Origin: an uncultured Rhodospirillaceae bacterium
Lineage (GTDB): Bacteria; Pseudomonadota; Alphaproteobacteria; GCA-2731375
Direction: 5' to 3'
Assembly (NCBI GenBank): GCA_964631725.1
Contig: CAZVYX010000007.1
Span: 23,613-87,612 of the forward strand
Length of the DNA stretch: 64,000 nt
Under the pieces are notes generated by a model. That model saw nothing but the letters and a program-made list of their open reading frames with translations. It ran no database searches and had not been told where the DNA came from. Made by a program: the position numbers and the translations under genes. Below, in pieces: positions 1-9,911 of this stretch (its first letter is position 1; every line of letters starts with the position of its first letter).

Positions 1-1658
1 TGATTGGCGGTGCCGTGTTGGTGCCGTTTCTCAAGGGCAATCTACGCTCGGCCTACACGCTTGTCCTGCCGCTGTTGGGAATTCTGCAATTGATCATGCT
101 GGAGCCGGGCTCATTCGGCGCCATGGCGGCTTTCGGTTTCGAACAGACCCATGTACGCGTTGATAAACTGAGCCTCTTGTTCGGCTATATTTTTTATATC
201 GCGGCGGTCATGGGCGTCATTTTCGCCTGGCACAACGATGACCCTTGGGAGAAGGCCACGGCCCTGATCTATGTCGGGGCGGCCATCGGCGCGACTTTCG
301 CCGGTGACCTGATTACCTTGTTCTTCTATTGGGAACTGGCCGCGATCGCCGCGGTCTTTATTATTTGGGCCGCGCGAACGGACCGGTCCTTCAGCGCGGG
401 CCTGCGCTGCCTTTTGGTCTACATGGTGTCCGGGGTGCTACTGCTGTCGGGGGCGGCCCTGCAGGCCAACGCGACCGGATCCGTGGCATTCGACCATATC
501 GGCCTCGAAAGTCCCGGCGGCCTTCTCATCCTGCTGGCCTTTGGCATCAAATGCGCCTTCCCATTCCTGCATAATTGGCTACAGGACGGCTATCCAGAGG
601 CTTCATACACGGGCACGGTTTTCCTCAGCGCCTTTACCACGAAGCTGGCGGTTTACGCCCTGGCGCGGGGTTTCGCCGGTACCGAGATCTTGATTTGGAT
701 CGGCGTGACCATGACCGCCTTTCCAATTTTCTACGCCGTCATCGAGAATGATCTGCGCCGGGTTTTGGCCTACAGCCTGAATAATCAGTTGGGTTTCATG
801 GTGACGGGGATCGGTATCGGCAGCGCCCTGGCCATCAACGGCGCGGTCAGTCATGCCTTCGCTCATATCATCTACAAAGCCCTTCTGTTCATGACCATGG
901 GCGCGGTGCTTTACCGCACGGGCACCGTCAAGGGCTCGGAATTGGGTGGACTGTACAAGACCATGCCCTGGACAACCGGCTTCTGCATCATCGGCGGCGC
1001 CTCCATCTCCGCGTTTCCGCTGTTCAGCGGCTTTGTCACGAAATCCATGGTGCTGACCGCCGTGGCCAACGAAGGCTATGTGATTCCGTTTTTGATCCTT
1101 TTGTTCGCCTCCGCCGGCGTCTTCCATCATTCAGGCATCAAGATTCCATTTTTTGCTTTTTTCGCCCATGATTCCGGCAAGCGGCCCAAGGAAGCGCCCT
1201 TCAACATGCTATTGGCCATGGGCATCGCGGCCTTCCTATGCATTGCGATCGGTGTCTATCCGCAGCCTCTGTATGCGTTGTTGCCCTTCCCCGTGGATTA
1301 TGTCCCCTACACGACGACGCATGTGATCACGATGCTGCAGTTGCTGGTATTTTCGGGGTTGGCCTTCGCCACCCTGCAGCGAACCGGCCTGTACCCGCCG
1401 GAATTGCGCTCAACGGTGCTCGATTTCGACTTTAGCTATCGTTGGCTTGCACCCCGCATCGTCGGTTGGTGCATGTCTTTGGGCGGTCGCATATGGTCGG
1501 CGGCGACGGACGCCGTCCTGCAGTTGCTAAGCGGTCTGATTGCCCGGATTTTCCGCACCCACGGCCCCCACGGCATCCTGGCCCGAACCTGGCCTACGGG
1601 CAGCATGGTCCTATGGGCCGCCGCCTTGCTGGCCCTGTCATTGGTGTTTTACTACTAG
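1..1658 (+). CDS. Proton-conducting membrane subunit, Mrp/Mnh antiporter subunit D / NuoN-NuoM family (5' end probably upstream of window)
   Basis: The 547-aa ORF (15..1658, GTG) stays open in the same frame to the window edge. It is a polytopic hydrophobic protein with ND2/ND4/MnhD-type core segments (..FFYWELAAIA.., ..AYSLNNQLGFMV.., ..HAFAHIIYKALLFMTMGAV..). Confidence 0.75.
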   Translation, partial: IGGAVLVPFLKGNLRSAYTLVLPLLGILQLIMLEPGSFGAMAAFGFEQTHVRVDKLSLLFGYIFYIAAVMGVIFAWHNDDPWEKATALIYVGAAIGATFAGDLITLFFYWELAAIAAVFIIWAARTDRSFSAGLRCLLVYMVSGVLLLSGAALQANATGSVAFDHIGLESPGGLLILLAFGIKCAFPFLHNWLQDGYPEASYTGTVFLSAFTTKLAVYALARGFAGTEILIWIGVTMTAFPIFYAVIENDLRRVLAYSLNNQLGFMVTGIGIGSALAINGAVSHAFAHIIYKALLFMTMGAVLYRTGTVKGSELGGLYKTMPWTTGFCIIGGASISAFPLFSGFVTKSMVLTAVANEGYVIPFLILLFASAGVFHHSGIKIPFFAFFAHDSGKRPKEAPFNMLLAMGIAAFLCIAIGVYPQPLYALLPFPVDYVPYTTTHVITMLQLLVFSGLAFATLQRTGLYPPELRSTVLDFDFSYRWLAPRIVGWCMSLGGRIWSAATDAVLQLLSGLIARIFRTHGPHGILARTWPTGSMVLWAAALLALSLVFYY

Positions 1659-1787
1659 CAGCCGTTTCTCATGCGAGCGCTAAAAACGTCATCTAGAGGA
1701 CGAATTTTTTTGTTGGCGCCCCCAAAACCCATTTGGAATGTGCTAGCTTGGACAAAACCGCATAATTAGTCAGAAGGGCCATCCGCC

Positions 1788-2855
1788 ATGTCGAAAATGG
1801 AACCGGGCGTCGTATACGGCGCGAAATATGAAGAACTGCTGCAGAGTTGCAAGGACGGCGGATATGCGTTGCCGGCGGTCAATGTGGTGGGCAGCAATTC
1901 CATCAATGCGGTGATGGAAGCGGCCGCGAAAAACGAATCCGATATCATCATCCAGCTTTCCAACGGCGGCGCGCAGTTCATGGCCGGTCAGGGCATGGCG
2001 GATTCCGATGCGGCGAAGGTCGTGGGCGCCGTCGCGGCGGCCAATCATGTGCATCTGCTGGCCCGGCACTACGGTATCTGCGTGGTGCTGCATACCGATC
2101 ACGCCAACCGGAAACTACTGCCCTGGATCGACGGTCTGGTCGCGGCAGGCAGCGAATACTACGAAAAGCATGGCCGTCCGCTTTATTCCTCGCACATGCT
2201 GGATCTGTCCGAAGAACCGCTGGAAGATAACATCACCACCTGCGCCGAATATCTGAAGCAGATCGTGCCCCTGGAAATGAGCCTGGAAATCGAGCTGGGC
2301 GTGACGGGGGGCGAGGAAGACGGCGTCGGCTCGGACGAGGATATCACCGACAACGCCAAGCTCTATACCCAACCCGATGACGTCCTACAGGCCTATGACC
2401 TGCTCTCCCCGATCGGCCATTTCTCCATCGCCGCGTCGTTCGGTAACGTCCACGGCGTCTACAAACCGGGCAACGTGCAGCTACGGCCGGAAATTCTGAA
2501 GAGCAGCCAGGAACTGGTGGCCAAGACCCACGGCACCGGCGCCAATCCCCTGGATCTGGTGTTCCACGGCGGCTCGGGCTCGGAAAAGGCGAAGATCGAG
2601 GAAGCCATCAGCTACGGCGTCATCAAGATGAACATCGACACCGACACCCAGTTCGCCTTCGCCACCGCCGTCGGCGCCTATGTGGAGGAAACGCCCCGGG
2701 CCTTTTCCTATCAGATCGATCCCGACGACGATAAACCCTACAAGAGCGTCTACGATCCCAGGAAATGGCTGCGCAAGGGCGAGCTTAGCATGGTGGACCG
2801 CCTGAATGAGGCCTGCGCCGATCTGCATTCCGCCGGCAAGACCCTGGTGAAATAG
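1788..2855 (+). CDS. fbaA: Fructose-bisphosphate aldolase, class II (FbaA type)
   Basis: 355 aa. The N-terminus ..YALPAVNVVGSNSINAVMEAAA..IIQLSNGGAQF.. parallels E. coli FbaA (..FALPAVNCVGTDSINAVLETAA..VQFSNGGASF..). Length also fits. Confidence 0.9.
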   Translation: MSKMEPGVVYGAKYEELLQSCKDGGYALPAVNVVGSNSINAVMEAAAKNESDIIIQLSNGGAQFMAGQGMADSDAAKVVGAVAAANHVHLLARHYGICVVLHTDHANRKLLPWIDGLVAAGSEYYEKHGRPLYSSHMLDLSEEPLEDNITTCAEYLKQIVPLEMSLEIELGVTGGEEDGVGSDEDITDNAKLYTQPDDVLQAYDLLSPIGHFSIAASFGNVHGVYKPGNVQLRPEILKSSQELVAKTHGTGANPLDLVFHGGSGSEKAKIEEAISYGVIKMNIDTDTQFAFATAVGAYVEETPRAFSYQIDPDDDKPYKSVYDPRKWLRKGELSMVDRLNEACADLHSAGKTLVK

Positions 2856-2860
2856 CGCGG

Positions 2861-2878
2861 AGGCCCGGCCTCGGGCCT
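2861..2878. terminator. Hairpin between convergent fbaA and MBL genes (AGGCCCG-gcct-CGGGCCT)
   Basis: 7-bp perfect inverted repeat read directly. It lies in the 21-bp gap and overlaps the stop of the minus-strand gene. Confidence 0.4.
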
Positions 2879-3692
2879 ATTCAGCGGCGGCGTTAACGCC
2901 CGCCGCCGCATCGGGCAACAGCGAAATCACCGTGGTTTCGTTTAGGTCCTCGCCGTACCAGGCGCGGATCGCCGCCTCGCGGTCGCCCAGATAGCGCGGC
3001 CCGCCGTTTTCCTGAACCATGGGCAGGTCATGGCCCGGCACCAGAATATTACCCTGGCGTCGCGACCAGAAAGTCCAGATGGCTTCGATCGAGGCGCGGG
3101 TGACGGCGGCATCGTAAGTCATGTCGGCGGCGCGGGAGAGCAGTTCGGCCCGGTTCTTGCAGGCGTCGCCGGTGAAGACCAAGTCGCGCTCGCCTGTGTC
3201 CAGCACGAACACCAGGCTGCCCGGCGTATGGCCCGGCGCCATATGGGCGGTAATGCCGGGGAATACCTCCTCGCCCGCCCCGGCCCTGTGCAAGGTGGGC
3301 CATTGCGCCAGTTCCCGGACATAGAGCTCCGGCACCACGGTCTCGCCCCAGGGCTGCTCCAGTGACCAATCCAGCTCCTCGCCGCCGATGACAATATTGG
3401 CGTGGCTGAACAGGGTCCAGTTGATCGAATGATCATAGTGCGAATGGGTCAGCAGAACGTCCGTTACGTCGCCGGGCTTCAGGCCCCGCTGGGCCAGCTG
3501 TTCCTGCAACAGGTTCCGCTGCCCGAACGACCCCACATCGATCAGCGCTATCCGGTCCCCGTGGCGGATCAGGGCGATGGTGGAAAAACCGAGGGAGCCA
3601 TGACAGACCGACTTGCCGGGAAAGCCATGCACGATGATGTCGATTTCATAACCGCCAATGCGAAACTGCTTGCCGTCGCTGTCTATATTCAT
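2877..3692 (-). CDS. MBL-fold metallo-hydrolase
   Basis: Motif ..LLTHSHYDHS.. (HxHxDH). The ORF opens with TTG at 3704, so the ATG at 3692 (MNIDSD..) was chosen as start. Confidence 0.8.
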   Translation of the reverse strand: MNIDSDGKQFRIGGYEIDIIVHGFPGKSVCHGSLGFSTIALIRHGDRIALIDVGSFGQRNLLQEQLAQRGLKPGDVTDVLLTHSHYDHSINWTLFSHANIVIGGEELDWSLEQPWGETVVPELYVRELAQWPTLHRAGAGEEVFPGITAHMAPGHTPGSLVFVLDTGERDLVFTGDACKNRAELLSRAADMTYDAAVTRASIEAIWTFWSRRQGNILVPGHDLPMVQENGGPRYLGDREAAIRAWYGEDLNETTVISLLPDAAAGVNAAAE

Positions 3693-3728
3693 GGGCTTTC
3701 TCAAATTACGATGTCGTCCGTTTCCCGA

Positions 3729-4793
3729 TCATGCCGACCGCCGATCTTCCATGGCACGATATTGCGGCCCGGCCCGTTCGCGCCCGGCCTGTGGATCTAT
3801 GCCGCCGCGGCCGCCGGCGTTCTCGTAGATTTGCAGCTCCTCGACTTCCGGCGGCGCATCCCAAAGGTCCAGCCACAGGCGCATCAGGTGCCGCTGCTGC
3901 TCCGCGCCATCGCCATCGACGAATTTCGTTCGCGCATGCAGGACCTTGCGGTTGTTCATCAGCATCATATCGCCACTCTCCAAGGTGAAGCGAATGCTTT
4001 GTTCACGGGCGCAGGCATCGAAACAATCCAGCGCGGCGACCTCTTCAGCACTGAGGGGCTCGCCCCTTTCGGTGGCGGCATTCTGCAGGATTTCACGCAC
4101 ATAGAAGACGGAGGTATTGCCCCCCATTTCGGAAAATACCGGAACCCTATGGGGTGTGACCGGTTCGGCATCCCGGGCTTCCTCGCCCCGGCGGTGATAA
4201 TGGAACCCGCGATAGAGAATAGGCAGATATTCGGGATGGGTGGCGGCAATTTGGTTGTGGATGGCGAGCGCGCTGACAACGACGGAGACCCCGCCCGATG
4301 CCGCCGGGCGGTAACACAACAGGCAGGCCAACTGGCCCAGGTCCGTATGCAGGCGCAGCTCGCGGGCGGAAGTATAGCCGCGCGCCTCCTCCTCTTCGCC
4401 CGGCTTGGTCAGATCGCGCACATGGCCCAGCACATCGCCCAAGGCGCTTTGCGAAAGGGCGGCGCCAAAATGCGTGCCGATGCCCCAATACATCATCGCG
4501 ATGTCATCGGCATCGTAGCGGTCAGCCGGCAAACCGCGCAGCACCACGATGCCGCGCCCGTCGATCAATTCCCGCAGGACATCGGCCAGATCGCCATCCA
4601 ATTCCGGATGGCGGAAATCTTCGCGGCCAATGTCGGCCAGGGCCAACCCACGGCGCCTAACCTCCCGCAACCGCTCTTCCAGCGCCGCGACTTGCCCTGG
4701 ACCGAAAGACCGGGCGAGGCTGTCCAAGCCGTCCAGATCAGCACCGTTCCAGGCTCGTGGATAGGAAAACCGCCGTTCTGCGACTTGTGTCAT
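3729..4793 (-). CDS. TauD/TfdA-family Fe(II)/2-oxoglutarate dioxygenase
   Basis: ..ELRLHTDLG.. HxD motif and overall TauD-like layout. The ORF extends to 4928, but ATG at 4793 (MTQVAERR..) or 4805 is the more plausible start. Confidence 0.65.
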   Translation of the reverse strand: MTQVAERRFSYPRAWNGADLDGLDSLARSFGPGQVAALEERLREVRRRGLALADIGREDFRHPELDGDLADVLRELIDGRGIVVLRGLPADRYDADDIAMMYWGIGTHFGAALSQSALGDVLGHVRDLTKPGEEEEARGYTSARELRLHTDLGQLACLLCYRPAASGGVSVVVSALAIHNQIAATHPEYLPILYRGFHYHRRGEEARDAEPVTPHRVPVFSEMGGNTSVFYVREILQNAATERGEPLSAEEVAALDCFDACAREQSIRFTLESGDMMLMNNRKVLHARTKFVDGDGAEQQRHLMRLWLDLWDAPPEVEELQIYENAGGRGGIDPQAGRERAGPQYRAMEDRRSA

Positions 4794-5038
4794 GATGTCC
4801 CCCATGCCCAATTTGCCCGGCTGGAACAAGGTTCCGCCGCAACGCGCATAGTCTAGCAGACCGAATGCCCAATCCCGCAACCCCGTGCATGGACATTGCC
4901 GCCTTGTGGAAGTGCATGGCGGAAACATTCCGCCATTTAGAATTCCGGTCCCGGTGCGTTAGTATGTCTGCAAAGGCACGAAATCAGGTGGCGGCGCGAA
5001 CAGGCGGGACGTGTCTTTCCCGGAGCAAAGGAACATCC

Positions 5039-5848
5039 ATGAGCGAATATACCGAGACCTTCCGCGGCGACGTCGCTACCTGGGAGGTCGATGCCACGGA
5101 GCATTTCACCGTCGCCTATTACTACGAGAAGTTCGAGGCGGCGACGTGGCGTTTCCTGCGCCAGGCCGGCGTTGACCCTTCAGCGGCACGCGCGACCGAG
5201 GCGCTGACCCACTACAAGGCCGAACTGCGCAACCGCGACATCTACAAAATCGATACCGCCCTGATCAGCGGCGGCGAGACCCCAACGATTGCCCATAAGC
5301 TCTTCAATGCCGAGACGGGAGAGCTTTGCACGACCATGCAGCAGGCCCTGACGGGCGTTTCCCTATCGGGTCCGGAAGTGGCATGGGATGGCGATCCGCG
5401 CGAGGATCGGCCGATACCAGGCGAGGATGCCGGCTGGGTGCCGTCCCTGCGCAATATAGCCCGCCCGAACGAGGCCGACTGGGCCGGCAATCTGTCGCTG
5501 TCGGGCTACGTGCATCGGTTTTCCACCGCCAACGCCTTCATCATGGCCGCCTTTGGCATGACGCCGGAATACATGACAAAAACCAGGGTCGGACTTTCGA
5601 CGTTCGAGTTCCAGATGATGTTTCACAGCCAGGCCAGGCCCGGCGATATGATCGATATTGAAAGCTGCGTTGCGCACCTTGGCGGCTCTTCCATGCGGCT
5701 TTGCCACCATATGCGCGATGCCGAAACCGGTGCCGAGATCGCCAGCCTGAGCCAGTTCGGCGTGCAGCTTGACCTTGAGGCACGGCGGCCATCGCGCATC
5801 GCCGACGACGTGCGGGCGCGCGCCGAGGCGCTGCAAGGCGCAAGCTGA
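5039..5848 (+). CDS. Thioesterase-like protein, tandem hotdog (4HBT-like) repeats
   Basis: Two repeats of ..W.VD..EHFTVAYY.. / ..LSTFEFQMMFH..GD.. type. ATG at 5039 follows GGAGCAAAGG. The upstream part of the ORF is Arg/Cys-rich and looks non-coding. Confidence 0.55.
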   Translation: MSEYTETFRGDVATWEVDATEHFTVAYYYEKFEAATWRFLRQAGVDPSAARATEALTHYKAELRNRDIYKIDTALISGGETPTIAHKLFNAETGELCTTMQQALTGVSLSGPEVAWDGDPREDRPIPGEDAGWVPSLRNIARPNEADWAGNLSLSGYVHRFSTANAFIMAAFGMTPEYMTKTRVGLSTFEFQMMFHSQARPGDMIDIESCVAHLGGSSMRLCHHMRDAETGAEIASLSQFGVQLDLEARRPSRIADDVRARAEALQGAS

Positions 5849-5861
5849 GCGGCGCGAGGTC

Positions 5862-6911
5862 ATGGCGATGTCAAGATTGGTGGTAATCGGGGCCGGCCTT
5901 ATTGGCCGCGAACATTGCGCCCTGATAGGTCAACATCCGGGCGCCGATCTGGTCGGCCTGGCGGATGTGACAGCGGAGGCCAAGACCTACGCCGACGGCA
6001 TTGGCGTCCCCTGCTTCGCCGACTATCAACAGATGCTCGACGAAACCGAGCCCGACGGCGCGATCGTCGCCGTCCCGAACCGGCTGCACCTCCCCGCCGG
6101 ACTGGCCTGTCTGTCCCGGGGCATCGCCTGCCTGGTCGAAAAACCCATAGCCGATACGGTGGAGCTCGCCCGCAAGCTGGTGGCGGCGAGCGAGACGGCG
6201 AATGTTCCCATCCTGGTCGGACATCACCGCCGCCACAGTCCCGACATCCGCGAGGCAAAGCGGTTGATTGAAGCGGGCGCCTTGGGCGACCTTGTCACGG
6301 TCAACGGCATGTGGCTGGCCGACAAGCCCGACGATTACTTCGATGCCGCGTGGCGCCGGGAGTCCGGCGGCGGGCCGATCCTTATCAATCTCATTCACGA
6401 AATCGACTGCCTGCGTTTCATGGTCGGCGAAATCGAAAGTGTCCGCGCCTTCACCTCCAACGCCGTGCGCGGCTTCGAGGTCGAGGACACGGCGAGCATT
6501 TCGCTGCGCTTCGAAAATGGCGTACTCGGCACCTTCCTGATGAGCGATGCGGTGGCCTCGCCCTACACCTGGGAAGTGACCTCCGGACAGGCCCTGTACT
6601 TCCCGCACCAGCCGGGCGATTGCTACTTCTTCGGCGGCCGCCAAGCCTCCCTGGCCGTGCCCGGCATGAACATCTGGCGCCATGACGATGAGGGCAAGAA
6701 TTGGCAGGACCCGTTATTGCGGGAACAGATTGCCCTCGATGGCTCGCAGACCTACCGAAACCAGTTGGATCATTTCCTGGCCGTGGTAGCCCGTAACGCC
6801 GCCCCCGTCGTCACCGCCCACGACGGCATGGTAACCCTGGCCGCAACCTTGGCCGTCGCGACGGCGGCCCGGGAAGATCGAACCGTCACGGTCCGGGAGA
6901 TGCTTGTTTGA
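5862..6911 (+). CDS. Gfo/Idh/MocA-family NAD(P)-dependent oxidoreductase
   Basis: N-terminal Rossmann ..RLVVIGAGLIGREH.., then ..CLVEKPIA.. and ..GHHRRH.. motifs. ATG 5862 confirmed in sequence. Confidence 0.85.
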   Translation: MAMSRLVVIGAGLIGREHCALIGQHPGADLVGLADVTAEAKTYADGIGVPCFADYQQMLDETEPDGAIVAVPNRLHLPAGLACLSRGIACLVEKPIADTVELARKLVAASETANVPILVGHHRRHSPDIREAKRLIEAGALGDLVTVNGMWLADKPDDYFDAAWRRESGGGPILINLIHEIDCLRFMVGEIESVRAFTSNAVRGFEVEDTASISLRFENGVLGTFLMSDAVASPYTWEVTSGQALYFPHQPGDCYFFGGRQASLAVPGMNIWRHDDEGKNWQDPLLREQIALDGSQTYRNQLDHFLAVVARNAAPVVTAHDGMVTLAATLAVATAAREDRTVTVREMLV

Positions 6912-6951
6912 TATGTTCTGCCAAAAATTCTGAGCGAAGGAAAACCAGACG

Positions 6952-7434
6952 ATGACCGAATGTCCCTGTGGTTCCGCGAAATCACTTGATGCCTGCTGCG
7001 GCCCCTATATTGACGGCGCGCCGGCGCCCACCGCCGAGGCCACCATGCGCTCGCGCTATACGGCGCATGTATTGGGCAACGCCGACTATCTCGTCGCCAC
7101 GCTCTCGAAAGATCAACGCGCCGACCATGACCGGGAAAAGGCGGAGCAGTCATTTGCCGATACCAAATGGCTGGGTCTGGAAATACGCAAGACCAGCAAG
7201 GGCGGCGAAGGGGACGAGACCGGCGAGGTCGAATTCGTTGCCCGCTACCGAAGCGGCATGCAACAGACCGCGCATCACGAATTGTCGTTCTTTAGCCGCG
7301 AGGATGGCCGCTGGGTCTTCTCGGGCTGCGAAATGAACCCGAGGGCGCCGACGGTCACGGTCACGAAGGTTGGGCGCAACGAACCATGTCCCTGTGGATC
7401 GGGCAAAAAATACAAGAAATGCTGTGCCGCATGA
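6952..7434 (+). CDS. ychJ: YchJ-family protein (UPF0225) with SEC-C metal-binding motifs
   Basis: N-terminal ..CPCGS.. and C-terminal ..[16 protein letters not shown].. SEC-C motifs. 160 aa. Confidence 0.8.
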   Translation: MTECPCGSAKSLDACCGPYIDGAPAPTAEATMRSRYTAHVLGNADYLVATLSKDQRADHDREKAEQSFADTKWLGLEIRKTSKGGEGDETGEVEFVARYRSGMQQTAHHELSFFSREDGRWVFSGCEMNPRAPTVTVTKVGRNEPCPCGSGKKYKKCCAA

Positions 7435-7528
7435 TTGCAAACGGCTGTATCGGGTTGATGTCGGGGCTGACTGCCGCTATTTACTCGCCCAGGGAAACAT
7501 AGACGCAAATTTATAGAGGAACAGACCA

Positions 7529-7810
7529 ATGGCCCAAGCCACCGCGAGACATATCCTGGTTGATAGCGAAGCGTTTTGCCAAGAGCTCAAGAGCAAGATC
7601 GCCGACGGCGGAGATTTCGCCGAACTGGCCCGTGAGCATTCGTCCTGCCCCTCGGGCGCCAGCGGTGGCGACCTTGGTTCCTTCGGTCCCGGCCAGATGG
7701 TCGCGGAATTCGACCAGGTGGTGTTCTCAGCCGACGTCAACGAAGTACAGGGCCCGGTGAAAACCCAGTTCGGCTATCACCTGCTCGAGGTTACCAGCCG
7801 CACCGACTGA
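7529..7810 (+). CDS. ppiC: Parvulin-type peptidyl-prolyl cis-trans isomerase C
   Basis: 93 aa. ..ARHILV.. ..HS.CPS...GGDLG.F..GQMV.EFD..VF.. ..T.FGYHL.. match the PpiC pattern. Confidence 0.85.
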   Translation: MAQATARHILVDSEAFCQELKSKIADGGDFAELAREHSSCPSGASGGDLGSFGPGQMVAEFDQVVFSADVNEVQGPVKTQFGYHLLEVTSRTD

Positions 7811-7848
7811 TCGGCCCACGCCGGTCTGGCGACCCTGTACGACCACGA

Positions 7849-8256
7849 TCACGTCCGCGGCAGGTTATGGCCCCGGCCATCCATGGCCCGGGCCAGGCCG
7901 TCAACTATGGTTGCCCGTGTGGACCCGGCGGTGAAGATGTGCCTCACGCCCAGATCGTTCAGTTCCGCCGCCATTTCCGGCGTGATGACACCGCCGACGA
8001 CCAGGGGGATATCCAGGCCGCTGTCCCGCATCACATCCAAAATGCGTTGCGATAGATAGACCGGCTCACCGCCGAGATAGCTGACACCGACCGCGTCGGC
8101 GCCTTCTTCGCCAGCGATCTGGGCCAGGCTTTCCGGAGTGTTGTAGAGCCCGGCGTAGACCACTTCGTGGCCGGCCTCTTCCAGCCAATGCGCCACGACT
8201 GTGATGCCGTTGTCATGAGCGTCGGTGCCCACCTTGGCCAAGACAATGCGCGCCAT
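7849..8256 (-). CDS. Cobalamin-binding small subunit of a split acyl-CoA-mutase-like enzyme (paralog A)
   Basis: ..AKVGTDAHDNGITVV.. carries the DxHxxG B12 motif; ..VVGGVI.. follows. ATG at 8256 has GGGAGGGAG upstream, 14 nt after the large-subunit stop. Confidence 0.85.
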   Translation of the reverse strand: MARIVLAKVGTDAHDNGITVVAHWLEEAGHEVVYAGLYNTPESLAQIAGEEGADAVGVSYLGGEPVYLSQRILDVMRDSGLDIPLVVGGVITPEMAAELNDLGVRHIFTAGSTRATIVDGLARAMDGRGHNLPRT

Positions 8257-8270
8257 ATCGTTCTCCCTCC

Positions 8271-9911
8271 CTACTCCGCCGCGCCGCGCTGATAGCTTGG
8301 CGGGGTATAGGCGATCGCTTCGCGGAAACAGTCGCACAACTCGCCCAGGGTGGCGCCGGCCTCGACCGCATCGATGATCGCCGGCATCAGATTTTCCGTG
8401 CCCGCCGCGACCTGGCGCACGGTTTCCATCGCCTTGCCCACGGTCCCATTATCGCGCCGGGCGCGGTAGTCGCGGATATAGGCGATGCGCCCCTCGATCA
8501 TCTCCCGTCCCATGCGGAAAAAGCGCAGATCGGGCGGCGCCTCGTCTTCGTCACGGAAGGCGTTGACCCCGACCGAGACATGATCACCGCTTTCCATGGC
8601 CGCCATGTTCTCGATGCGGGAGCGGTTCAACTGTTCTTCGATCCAGCCCTGTTTGAACAGTTCGATGTAGCCGCCCCGGCTGCGCATATCGTCCATCAAC
8701 GCGGTGATCCGACCCTCCAGTTGATCGGTCATCTGCTCGACGAAGTAGGAGCCTCCCAGGGGATCGACGGTCTTCACCACGTTGGCCTCGTAGGCCAGGA
8801 TCTGCTGCGTGCGCAGGGACAGGGTATGGCTCTCCTCCGTCGGCAGGGCGAAAGGCTCGTCATAGGACGTGGTATGGATCGACTGCGTGCCCGCCAGCAC
8901 CGCCGCCAGGGTCTGCACGGTGGAGCGGGCGATATTGTTCAGGGGCTGTTGCGCCGTCAGAGGCAGGGCGGAGGTTTGTATCGCGGCACGAAACCACATG
9001 GAACGTTCATTCTGGGCGCCGTAACGCTCGCACAGCAACTTGGCCCAGATCCGCCGCATGGCCCGCAGTTTCGCCACCTCCTCGAACAGATCGATATGGG
9101 CGGCGCAGAAAAAGGCAATCCGGGGCGCGAAACTGTCCACATCCAGGCCCCGCGCCATCAACCGCTCGATATATTCCGATGCCAGAAGCAACGAAAACGC
9201 CGCTTCCTCAATGGCATTCACGCCGCATTCCCTGATGTTATAGGCGTTCAGGTTGACGACATTCCATTTCGGCATTTGCCGGGCGCAATATTCCATGACG
9301 TCAAGGCCGACGCGCAGGGAAAAATCGATCGGAAAGAAATGCGTATTCGCCTGATATGTCGGCCCCACCAACTGCGTCATGGCGCAATTCATGATGGTGC
9401 CGAGCAGGTTGGATGGATCCAGGCCGCGCTGCCGCGCCACCAATAAATACATCGCCACGATCACCGCCGAGGCCGGCGGTTGCGCGATCAAGGTGGAACT
9501 GACCTTGTCCTGGGGGATGCCCTCGAACAAGGCGGCCATGTCCTCCAACGTGGCGATGGAGGTACCTTGCAGGCCCACGTCCCCCTCGCCCAGGGGATGG
9601 TCGGGGTCGATGCCCAGCTTGGTTGCCACGTCGAAATCCACGTTCAAACCGGTCTGTCCCTGACGCAGCAGGTAGAGCAGACGTTCGTTGGAATCCGCCG
9701 GCGTGCCGAAACCGGATTGCTGGCGCCGGGTCCACAGGCGTTTGCGGTACATCTCGTCATGGATGCCGCGAGTGAAGGGATAGGCGCCGGGTTTTTCCAC
9801 CCCGGCCATATCCGCGCCATAGTCGGCCTGCAACTCAAGGCCCGACAGGCTGCGGAAATGTGCCGGCCGCTCCCCATCCAAATAGGCATTGAAGATCTTT
9901 TCATCGCTCAT
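8271..9911 (-). CDS. Methylmalonyl-CoA-mutase-family large (TIM-barrel) subunit, divergent paralog A
   Basis: 546 aa. ..PGAYPFTRGIH..MY..RLWT.RQ.SGF.., ..GLNVDFDV.., ..MPKWN.., ..APRIAFF.., ..AKLRA.R.WAKL.., ..TAQQPLNNI.R.. are colinear with MCM. The start ATG overlaps the TetR stop (ATGA). Confidence 0.85.
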   Translation of the reverse strand: MSDEKIFNAYLDGERPAHFRSLSGLELQADYGADMAGVEKPGAYPFTRGIHDEMYRKRLWTRRQQSGFGTPADSNERLLYLLRQGQTGLNVDFDVATKLGIDPDHPLGEGDVGLQGTSIATLEDMAALFEGIPQDKVSSTLIAQPPASAVIVAMYLLVARQRGLDPSNLLGTIMNCAMTQLVGPTYQANTHFFPIDFSLRVGLDVMEYCARQMPKWNVVNLNAYNIRECGVNAIEEAAFSLLLASEYIERLMARGLDVDSFAPRIAFFCAAHIDLFEEVAKLRAMRRIWAKLLCERYGAQNERSMWFRAAIQTSALPLTAQQPLNNIARSTVQTLAAVLAGTQSIHTTSYDEPFALPTEESHTLSLRTQQILAYEANVVKTVDPLGGSYFVEQMTDQLEGRITALMDDMRSRGGYIELFKQGWIEEQLNRSRIENMAAMESGDHVSVGVNAFRDEDEAPPDLRFFRMGREMIEGRIAYIRDYRARRDNGTVGKAMETVRQVAAGTENLMPAIIDAVEAGATLGELCDCFREAIAYTPPSYQRGAAE